Part shown: positions 54,201 through 64,000 of the stretch, in pieces
Layout: each line of letters begins with the position of its first letter
How positions within the stretch are numbered: position 1 is the stretch's first letter
Source of the DNA: Oikopleura dioica
Lineage: Eukaryota; Animalia; Chordata
Length of the DNA stretch: 64,000 nt
NCBI GenBank assembly: GCA_907165135.1
Contig: OU015569.1
Span: 4,030,001 to 4,094,000 of the forward strand
Reading direction: 5' to 3'
The notes under the pieces: generated by a model
Seen by the model: only the letters and a program-made list of their open reading frames with translations
Database searches by the model: none
What the model was told of the DNA's origin: nothing
Program-made: the position numbers and the translations under genes

Positions 54201-54381
54201 GGACTTGCCTATTCCTACGAGATCGCTGTCGCCACCCAGTTGATTGGAGTTGGAAGCGACTGGACCAGAACATCCGATTACGGAGACTTTGTAACTGAAT
54301 ACAAGCCAGCTGAGATAAAGCGCTCTTGATCGAAATCGCTTACCTGGAGGAGGTGCGCTTTCCCTTTTCGTTTTTGAACAT
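48226..54381 (-). CDS. ARHGAP35: p190 RhoGAP (ARHGAP35/ARHGAP5 co-orthologue): N-terminal GTPase, FF region, C-terminal RhoGAP
   Basis: YKVSVIGCSG...GIGKSSFCARF; INYHHTLWWG; EQTVFVDD; DAFLLLIDVS; PVVVALTKYD; IETSADENVNI; GAP domain (DYEGLYRVP, LRGFLSPKNLPSPII, NWHTLRFICRHL..V....EINKMSCRNLATCLCPT). Confidence 0.92.
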
Positions 54382-55998
54382 TATTTCTTTCTTCTTCTGT
54401 TCTTCCGATCAGGTTAGTTTCTGTCTCCGGCATCCCATTTTAGGTGATCGCAGTGTACACCCGACTTCCGATTTCGCCTTCTCAAAAACACCCAGTTAGC
54501 GAAACAACAACTTGACAAAAGCAAGAATGAACAGGAAATTAGCGCCGCCTTTTCCAAAGTGGCATTGGTTTAATGTTGATGAATCACCCCGCCAGGATGC
54601 AAAAAAAAATCCTCGACATCGTTAAACCTGAGGCCGAGCAGCAATCAAACGATCGAAAACGAATTTCTGGCGTTTGCCATTCCAACGAGCTGTAAAATCA
54701 TTAAAAAGATTTCGTTCTTGTCATAAAAAAAGAAAACGAAGCCGATTGAAAAGGAAATAAAAAAGCCAATTCTGGATAGACAAGTCAAATATATTTTTGA
54801 AAGAAAAAAAGGAAGCGAAAATCAAGTTTCCACTAACTAAAGCGCAAATTCTTTATGTTTAGATTACAGTAAGCAGCACTGTAAAAGGTCAGAAAATATT
54901 TAATAAAAACCGTCGAAAGCGGAGATTCTCGAGAAAACAAAAAAAGCCCTGCACACCGGATTAGAGTCAATTGGATGAGAAATTTGGCTCCTGGCCACCA
55001 GCCTGGTCTATTGATTAATCCAGCTATAGAACTTTTCTGGACTTTTGTAAAACACAACTCTCGAGGAGCCGATTAACCATTCCTACTCTATTTTCTCTAT
55101 TTTCTAGTTTTCGAAGAAAAGTTTCTTTTTACTTGAATACAAAGAGCCAGGCGCGTGGCTCATGAAAAGTTTATTTCGCGAGTTCGACAAAGCCAGACAA
55201 GTACGCCTAAGAAAATGCCGGAAGCTCACGCTCATTATCCTCTTTTTTAAGAAACTTGGAGAATTCTTAATCAAGTCGTGAATGATTAAAATTAAAATAA
55301 TTTTAAAAAGTTTCTCTTTGTTTTCGCTAGTTTTAAAATTCCTTTCAAGCATCAATTTTTTCAAGATTCACATAAAAAAATATTAAAGCAAAAGTACCAC
55401 ATCGTAATTTTCACTTTAGCGACTTTTGATAAAAAAGGGTGCTTTTGGAGGGAATAAAATTTTGGTATTCTTGGAGACCGAGAAATTTCTCTTTTTTTCT
55501 TTCTGGAAAAGGAGCTCATTGAGCTCAGTTCTTCGTGGTTCAATTGGCCGCCGCGTCAAATTCAAGTGCAAATATTTCGCTAGTTTAGTAATTAAAAAAC
55601 GCACATTGCCAAATTTTGATGATCAACGATAATAAAGCGACACTTATTCATGGATTTTCAAGTCAAAAAGAGTACAATAAAAAATTCCGCAAAAAGAAAT
55701 TAATTTTTTTCCAAAGGTGAAAATTCTCGGCGGTGCTGACGCCTGAAACCACGATCGAACCAAAATTTCGCCGCAGGGGGAAATACTTTTTTATAAAAAA
55801 ATATCATAATAACTTTCGGAAATCCCGATCGCTTCAGCCAGTGATTTTAACCTTTCGGGCTTCTCCGCGTTTCCCTTTTTTTGTTGAAGTTTGAAGCGAA
55901 TAGCGAGCGCAGAGGCTCAAGATTTTTCGCTGATAATCGATTTCGATAATTATTTTATTCTCTCCCTTGTTAACATTTTTGATTTAGGCTCTTCAGAA

Positions 55999-56033
55999 CC
56001 TGCCTCAGGTTTCCTACAAAGGTTGTCGAGCCC
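55999..56033 (-). repeat. Solo terminal fragment of MITE family A
   Basis: Reverse complement GGGCTCGACAACCTTTGTAGGAAACCTGAGGCAGG matches the family A ends. Confidence 0.6.
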
Positions 56034-58313
56034 AGCTTATCGGTATTTAGTGATTTGAAAATCAGAAATTTTGGCTTGGGAATTTGAAATACTGTACTGC
56101 GAACATTGGTGCATGTAATGTGTAATGCGACTGTATTTGCTTGGCCATGAATCTGGCGGATTCCTGCAGCGCGTAAATTGTCCAGCAAATAGTTCTGTTT
56201 ATCAAGGATTGTTTTGTTATTTCCCGCAAGGCGACTGTGCTTCTAGTTCTCATTACTGTATCATCTCTAATACTCCCGAAAAAAAGGTAAAAGACGATGG
56301 CTACTGTAAAAGCGCGCCCTTTGTAAGATCTGCCAGCTACCGATTATGATGTATTTTAGACGGGTGACAAACACCCGTCACAAAATAAGGTCACATGACA
56401 TGCCCCTAAGCGAGTTCCCACCTAAGAGCACTTGCACAGTTTACCATCGTGTGTACCTCCGCAAATATCGCTTCTTTCCTTGAAAAATCGACTATTTCAA
56501 TTCAAAATCTTCGCTCAAAAAACTTTCGAATGGGTTCAGTCTGATCTTAGCTCTCTTTTTGGCTTCTTCAAATGTTAATTTCGACGAGGCAGGGGGTTGT
56601 GCTCATTTTGAAACGCGTGAGGAGTGATTCTCTTGTTTTGGCTTGAGCCGATCGGAATTACAATTCGGGACATGAAAAATAGCGCGGGCATCTAGTCTTT
56701 ATCATCATCGCCAAGCGCTCGTAAAATCTGAACGCATAAAATCGTAAAAGCGAAGAAAATCCTATCAATAGAGGGGTATCGTGGCTAGGGCCCATGAAAA
56801 ATTCCCACTTCGGGATTTTATATCTCTTTAAAAAGATACTTGTAAATACATACTTTTAAAGAGCCATCTTCGACTTTTAACTGCTCCCACTGAGATTCTT
56901 GTGTCACATTCCTCGATTTAAAAGAAGTACAAAAATCTATTTTCCTTCAGTTGATCGCTGATTGACACAAAAACAGTTTTCTGATAAGCTTCCTCTGGCC
57001 GAGGAGAATAAGAAGAAAAAAATATAATTTTTCTTATCTAGCTTGTTTCTCTTTTAGTGTTTTGAACAGACGGAGGCAAGCGACTCCAATATCCGAAAGC
57101 CATCTGGGCACGCGCCAATAAATCACCGATTCGCACAAGAGTTGAATAAAATTTTTGGGGCGCTTTCTCAAAGTTGATTGCTCAAGTCAGCATACTTTTT
57201 TCAATAGAAATTCTATTGAAATGAAGTGGCCAATTATCGTCAGATGGTTTTTTCATGCTCGTTTTAAATTACTAAATTTCACAACACAAAAACGACGAGT
57301 TTTTAGAGGTGTTCTGCGTTTCGATTCTTCTATTTCATAAATTCACTTTTGAATATATGTAAGAACTAGCTTAAGTGCAAGTAGTTACGGTACCCGTCAG
57401 GCTATGCGATAATCTTATAAAGTAAGTAATTTGTTTTATCCGAATAAACGTCGTCATCAATCTGGCCACTGCAAGTCGCGCTGGAGTCACAAAGCGCCGA
57501 ATGCAAATTGTTGTTGCTTTGTCTGATCCAAATATTCTTCGGAATATTGGTTTGAAGTTCTCATTGCTTAGATTTGCTAACAGTAGAGAGTATCTACTAG
57601 AGACACCGATCCACAAGAAGAGCTGCAGCGCGCGCCTGACAGATTATGAATGATGAACAGGAATCAAGGAGGACTAAGCTCCCAAATTTTGATTAATTCG
57701 CTCTTTCAAGTTGGATTTTTATTGAAATTAGTGTCAACCTCAAAAAGTTATACGCATTTATCATCGGTATAACTGTCATGTACATTGCCTTTCCCCTTTT
57801 ACGTGAGTCACACATAAATTCCCTTTTTACTAGAGTCAGACATAAATAATCATATTCCCTTTTTTCGCCTAAATGACTATTTCGATTTCAACTCAATCAA
57901 GTTAACTCGGTGTTTAGTGTTGTGTGTTTATCTGGTGAAAGGAGATGAGACTGAACGCGATTTGAAGAAGACCACGATTGTGCTGGAACAGATTTAGATT
58001 AGAATAACAGCTTCGAACAATAAACATTTGCTTATATTATCTAAATTATATTGTACCATATAATTTTCACATTTTAGTTCTTGTGAAATCTTGCGTAATG
58101 AGAATAGGCCTCGTGCACACAAACTATGGCAAATTCTTCTGTAATATAAAATGCGAGTATCATTTCGGTGCTGAATAGACACTGCTCCTATAAACACAGA
58201 TGGACATTCATATTCAAGTATATTGGGAATATGCTAAACATTTATTGAAAGGGCAGACGTGCTCTTTATAAAGACAATGAAATGTTAATGAGCGAGATAC
58301 TCTTAGAAAGAAT

Positions 58314-59155
58314 TCAAGCCGAGTGTTGGTACAGTTTGAGAACATGCTCCTGGTAGAATTTGCGTGAGCACATCGGACACTCTTGATACGTAGCTTCCAC
58401 TCCACTGGAACGCGTTCGAGCTGTTTTAGGAAGCTTCTTGACGCAGGAATCACAGAACTCGTGGCCACACAGAATAAGGGCAACTCGAAATCTCTCATCA
58501 GTGTACTCGTCGAGGCAAACTGGGCACGAAATGACAACATGCTTCTTCGCGGAAGTTTTGAAGCCGGTTCTCTTCATTTTGTCGATCGTGGTTTGCAGCT
58601 CGTCTTTCAACTTGGCGATTTCGTAGTCAACAACTTTAATTTGGATTCAAACTTGTTATTAAAATGCCTTGTAGACTGTAATAGACAAGAATGAAAATCC
58701 GATCCTTCCTCTACTTCTACCGCTAGATCATCTGCTTCCTCGAGCATCCGTGATCCCTCAAAATGAAGAGTATCCGCTCGTTGAATCTTCTCCTCTCTCA
58801 GTTTAAGAAGCTCTTCAAGTCTCTTTTGAGTTTTCTTATAAAGATAAACAACGAAGCTTGCTCAATAAAACTAAGCATAATCAAAAGACTACAAAGATAA
58901 GAAAGGCATTTATCTTGTCTAACTTCCCTTATAAGCCGCCTGGTCTTCATTAATTTCCGCCATCTTGGAGTTGTACTCGTTTATTAGCCGCTGTCTCTCC
59001 ATTTCAACCTCGTCCTCAGTGAGAAGCTCTACGGCTGTAGAAAACTCATCCTTACAAGTATTCAAAAGTGTTTGATTCAAACGAGTTAAAGACAAGCTAA
59101 TTTAACAGTTATGTGCAGCTGGACTACTTTTCCTGTGTCTCGCATTCTCTCTCAT
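58314..59155 (-). CDS. Coiled-coil protein with a C-terminal RING-HC (C3HC4) finger, probable E3 ligase; start tentative
   Basis: CPVCLDEY...LILCGHEFCDSC...ECPMC; the upstream exons are Glu/Lys/Arg-rich and helical. Confidence 0.8.
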
Positions 59156-59325
59156 TTTGCCTCTCTGCCCGCTTGGTAAATTCAGTGAACCCGCGTATAA
59201 AAAACTGAAATAAATACGGAACGAGATACATTTCGATCTGGACAACAAAACCGAAAAAGTCAGGCCAAAAACCAATCACTCCTGCGGGCTACAAGATTTC
59301 AAGATAAACTGATTTTTTTTTCGAG

Positions 59326-60666
59326 CTACCACCCTTGGAGCGTTTCGACTCCAAGGAATGAAAACAATTCTTTATTGTAATAACTGAAAAAAGCATCAGC
59401 TCTTTGGATGAATTCTTCGCTGAAATTCGGACCACCATTTGATCTTGTCTTGCCTTTATGATCGCTTAAACATGACGGCTTTTCATTTTCTCTAGCGCGA
59501 TAACAGAAAAATTGCTTTTCTTCGTCGAGCACAAAGTTTTTTGACGTCAGAATCACTGGAATATTGAGGAACTCTTGTGCTTCTATTACCGCCTAAAGAA
59601 GCAAGCTTTTATAGACAGATATTAATTGACCTTTCCTTTGATGGATTTTTTATTAGTTCTTCGCCATTGATGATTAAAATTTGAGGCTTTTGGAAGCTAT
59701 GAAGGGATCTAGTAATTTTATACTGATCAAGTATAAAGGTTATTTGAACCCGGCTTGCCCAGCTCTTAGCCAATTGTCCAAATGAATTGAATAAAGTCCA
59801 TTGGTTAGTACAGTCGCTTCAACCTGCGTACTATGAATCTGTTTCACCAGCTCTCGAAAATCGTCTTCGCCCTTGTTCCTCCTTCGTTGCTCAAATCTAC
59901 GTATGAAATCAATTGAAAATTGCTCAAATGCACGTAGTTTTGCTTCTTCCATCTCGCTCTCTGTTGAATTAATGTATTTCGTAATTCGCTAATCTACGTA
60001 TTAATTATTGTGTACAATAAATAATTGAACGCATTATTCCAAGAGCAAATTCTAGTAACCTTTGAAGTGTACTTTGATAACAGTCTTTTGATAAACTCTG
60101 AATACGCTCGTCTCTTCGGCTCGCAGACAACAATGATGATCTTTAAATGGTTTGATAAATCCGAAAGAGCGGGTAACAAATTCCACGCAAAAACCATGAC
60201 TTGATATTCGGGTCCATGTCAAAAACGCGCTGGGGTACTTCCGGCATCACCATATATTTCGGAGTCTTTTCAAAAGTTATTTGCGAGGGCTGTGTTCTGG
60301 GCATCATGGATCTATAGAATTCGATCCCCTTCGAGTACTCTTCTATGTTGTCGAAAAAGTGCATCTCGTAGGCTGCTGGAGTAGCGATTAGCGGATGGTG
60401 TGAGAGAAAATCTTTTAAAGCCCCAGTTCCGCATTTCTTCGCTCCGATGCAAATTGCTTGAGGTAATCTTCTCTGCTTTGAGTTTTCATCGAGATTTGTC
60501 TCCAAAAAGTCTTCGTTGTTTTTTGTTGCTTTAATTATCTTATAAATTATAAGTTATAATGTAAAAATGAAATTTTGATAGGAGGAAGACATGCGAGACT
60601 TACTAAAAAGCCAAGTCCAACAAGAAAAGTTAAAAAAACAATTCTCTTAACTCCTGCAACTTGCAT
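59326..60666 (-). CDS. Heparan sulfate glucosamine 3-O-sulfotransferase (HS3ST family)
   Basis: N-terminal anchor MQVAGVKRIVFLTFLVGLGFL; RRLPQAICIGAKKCGTGAL (5'-PSB); EMHFFD; FEKTPKY; CEPKRRAYS (3'-PB); GLYSIHLDNWL; FFCY...CL...KGKT. Confidence 0.9.
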
Positions 60667-60965
60667 TTTTTCTATATTTTTGCGATATAAATCAGCGACA
60701 TTTTAGCGCTGAGGGCCGGATCGCCAAAGCATATCATTTTGAACAATATTTATGAAAAGAAACAAAGATATTGGAATGAATTCAGTTTTTATTTTTGCCT
60801 TTTCAAGCGACTTATTTGTCAAGATAAGGTTTGGGCAGTAACAATTTCAGGGAGATGGGGATGTTCGCGGGGGAAGATGATAAGGCGATTAGTGGGTTCG
60901 CAATCTTAAAGTTCGGTTAAAAGAGGCTCGATTATTTCAAACTACCTTGGGGGAAATCGATAAAC

Positions 60966-61891
60966 TTAGAGGTACTCGTTGGAGTCGTAGTTGGTTTTGC
61001 GCTGGCCGCCGTTGAACTGGTTGGGCTGGGCGTAATTTGGAGTGATAAGTCCGCGCTGGGTGCCGTACATGGACCCATCACCAACCGAGCTAGAAGAACA
61101 GCTCGCGCAGATGATGATGCCACCACCAATCCAGTTGATGATCATGGCGATCCAGCCGAGATAAGTACAGTAACCGTAAATGTACCTAATGAAATTCCAT
61201 TGGCGCTTGAATTGAAAATCAAGGTTTACCTTTCGCCGACTTGGAGCTGAGTGTTGGGCCCGCGCATACCGCCATTCATTCCACTCATTCGAATCATGTT
61301 TGTTCCATTGTACTCTTGGAGCACGGTCGCGGCGTAGTAGCTGACTCCCACGCACAGCGAGATACCGGCGAAGACGACGGAGCCGCCGACACCCAGCATG
61401 ATCTTTCTTTTGATAGCAGCATTGTCACCCTCTTGGAACCATTATTAGAAAATATAATAAAATTAATTTCTAACCTGGATCAGCTGACTCGTAAGAAGGA
61501 ATGAGATTTGTGCATTCCATCCCAGCAAAAGCAGCCAAACTAGCAATTCCTTGGAAAGCCAAAGCAATGCAGACGCAAGCACGGGCAACTTGAAGAGGAG
61601 CGGGCAATCCAAGGAAGAAGGTATCGTACTGATCGCATTGCCAGTTGCCAGTATTATAGTATGTGCACTGAATAGAGTGTTAGAAATATAGGAGAAAAAT
61701 CAATAGTTGAAGGAAAATGGCTGTTTTGTACTTACACGAGACCAGAGGCCAGAGGAACGTCTAATAGACTCGATGACTTCTCCGTCGAGATCATTGACCC
61801 TCCAGTTAGGTCTGGCACAGATAATGATGGTCAAAAGTAGACCTATCATGCTGATCATGTAGCCGAAGAGTTGCACAAAACTGGACGCCAT
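60966..61891 (-). CDS. Claudin
   Basis: PNWRV...GLWSRC...WQC (W-GLW-C-C signature); LQVARAC; GMECT; four hydrophobic segments; C-terminal EYL* PDZ-type end. Confidence 0.92.
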
Positions 61892-63074
61892 GTTTCTTTA
61901 CTTTCCTGTCTTGTTGTTAGTCTCGTTTGTTCGGGGTCTAAGCTTCACATAAGCAAAAGCTAGAATAGCGTAATTCCTACCGTGATTGATTCTCTTTTCA
62001 AAAGCAATAACCCAGAATAAGTGTTCTACTTTTTGAAAAAGAATTAAGCTGAAAGTTGATGTGTCTCTTGATTTTGTTTTTGATTTTTCGGTTTGAAAGT
62101 GTATTGTCTGAGAGAACAGCGGGGCGGCTTTAACCGTCGCAGCGGCAGAAGATGGCGCCAAATGTGGACGCAAATTCAGGTCGACCGATGCTATCAAGCG
62201 TCACACTTGGCACAGTTATCGACTCCATCACCTGCCTTATCAATTTTACGCCTCACACATTCTACTAGGATTATTCTGATGGCCTACAATCTGAATGTTA
62301 TTTAGGTCTTCTTCAGACAATTGTAATCATTTCACGGCTAGTAGCCTACTGCCAGTAAAGTATGCAGTATAAAGTTTCTAATAAAAAATGGATACCAATT
62401 TCTTTCTTGTAAAAAGCATTGATATCTGTCGAATTAAACGATTTATGTATGAATCTATTGCATGTAAAAAGGAGAATTGACAATTTGAAATTGTCTTTTA
62501 TATTTGTAGATATGGCAATAGAAGATATTATGGCAGTTATTTTCGTGCCACCATCCGAGAATACTTACTTACTTGTAAACCGTAAATCATTTAATCAAAT
62601 CTGAAATCAAAAGTTTTTGATGCATGAAGCAAACAACCGGTGTCTACCCTAGAAATTGATCAGCAGAGCGATGAACCGATTTTTCAGAAGCCCCTTGGAC
62701 CGAAGCGAAGCCATTCACTCAACCGATTCCCACTGTGAGATCGACTCGTGGAAGATGACCTGATTTACAAATGTAATTACAATTGATACTTTTACTGCCT
62801 GGTTAGATTTTATAAAAATAGTGAGCAGCTATCATATTTTATAACAGGAACGTTTGAACCTATTGAACTCAAATTCGATTCAAAGAATCAATTCAAAATC
62901 TGATTTTCAGTTCTCGAGTAGCCACCAAATTTCCGGTAGATTTTAATCTCGTTGTTGCTAAAATGGGAACGTAGTCTTCTTCATTTCGTTATTCTTAAGT
63001 TTCTTTTTTAAGTTTTTTACGTTTATTAATTTTTCTTGAGTTATAATTGATTAATTATGTCAGACGACAAAAGA

Positions 63075-64000
63075 ATGATTCAAGAAGAGATGGCTAAAAA
63101 AGAGAATGAGAAAGATGCAAGAAGGAGGTCGACTGCTAAGTGTGCTTCGATCACCCGCATTGTTGTTCTTGTTGTTGTTTTCTTCTCGTTCGGTGTTGGG
63201 ATTTATTAGAGCAAAAGTTAAGATGTTTAAATGATAAAAACAAAACCCACAAAGTGCTGTTCTCGGATTTTATGGACCCCTGATTCAGAAAGATACGTCG
63301 CTTCTTTTTGCTAGTGGACGAACTGTTCCGTTTGTAGACAGATATAGACTCAGCCATGAGAATCTGCCGTTGGAATGGTTTCATGAAGACATCTGTTTGA
63401 ACCACTCAAATGCCGACTGGGCGCTAGAAGGTAGAGTCATTGGTGGCAGCGACGGCGATATCAAAGACCATCCCTGGCAAGTATCGATTCAGTTCCGTCA
63501 AGATGGCCCAGGAGAGTTTCCATTCCAACATTTTTGTGGTGGAGCAGTCATTGCTCCAAGCGAGGATTAAAAATTTTTAATCATTTTTTATCATTTGATA
63601 ACTTTTTGAACAATTTTTTAAATCTCTTGTTTTTCATCCAGTCGAAAGTTTTGTCCTATCCGCTGCTCACTGCTTTGAAGGCGATTTGAAAAGTTGGAAA
63701 ATTTGGCCGAAGCTTTCAATTCTTGCTGGAAGTACTAAAACGAACATAGGATTGAGCCAACTCGCAGACTTGATCGGCGTTCAGACACGGAAGATAAATG
63801 CGGTGGAGATTCATCCGAGATGGGACAGCAAAACCTTTTACTATGATTTCGCACTTCTTATGCTCGACGAGAAACTTGTCTATCGCTATGGAGCACACGC
63901 AGTTCGACCGATTTGCATGCCGAAGTTAAACGAACAAGGATGGGCTTTCATATCTCATTTTAAAATGTGTCCTGAGACTATAGACTGAATAGCCTGAAAA
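63075..64000 (+). CDS. Type II transmembrane trypsin-like serine protease, partial (continues beyond the window; extra 5' exons possible)
   Basis: TM segment IVVLVVVFFSFGVG|AVLGF joined across a GA-AG intron at 63200-63254. Activation site R-VIGG; PWQVSIQ; HFCGG; LSAAHC (His); YDFALL (Asp); VRPICMP. Confidence 0.9.

Noticed and set aside
52658-54329. Long overlapping alternative-frame and antisense ORFs in the big RhoGAP exon
   Set aside because: Expected shadows of a GC3-rich 495-codon exon; the main frame is continuous to a GT donor.
54830-55960. AT-rich stretch with short ORFs and degenerate TTTCGCTAGTTT repeats
   Set aside because: No paired termini or coding signature could be supported.
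56359-56379. Perfect 8 bp hairpin GACGGGTG-ACAAA-CACCCGTC
   Set aside because: Single copy, too short for a pre-miRNA, and the resemblance to the EF1-beta hairpin stem is only 8 nt.
55970-58250. Possible additional gene(s) between RhoGAP and the RING gene
   Set aside because: Exon-like pieces exist on both strands (e.g. KLTFEEAKKRAKIRLNPFE on minus), but no coherent model or family could be assigned.

Overview
Gene-dense, AT-rich eukaryotic DNA with many 30-150 nt introns and frequent GA-AG splice donors. Together with chordate-type genes (connexin, claudin, FREM1), this points to a larvacean tunicate, most likely Oikopleura (inference). Gene order: FREM1-like ECM protein (-, with an antisense tRNA-Thr in one intron); multi-exon connexin (+, not visible in the ORF track); an unidentified gene (+); MAGE/NSE3-like (-) directly downstream of tRNA-Gly; cationic amino acid transporter (-); CIAO3/NARFL (+); myosin essential light chain (+); SLC12A8-like (+); carboxylesterase (-); a near-identical 3.42 kb tandem triplication carrying EEF2KMT/FAM86; EF1-beta (+); p190 RhoGAP (-); RING-HC protein, HS 3-O-sulfotransferase and claudin (all -); and a type II transmembrane serine protease (+, runs off the window). 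At least five non-autonomous TIR-element families are present: hAT-like with an 8 bp TSD, Kolobok-like 783 bp palindrome with a TTAA TSD, Tc1/pogo-like with a TA TSD, one with a 3 bp flank, and one dispersed short family. The most notable observations are: (1) at least 8 GA-AG introns concentrated in the single CIAO3 gene; (2) a triplication whose two junctions carry the same 21 nt locally templated filler; (3) an identical 53 nt hairpin element on both sides of EF1-beta; (4) the giant palindrome at the myosin light chain promoter. No CRISPR array, rRNA gene or autonomous transposase ORF was recognised. All exon structures were derived by hand translation.
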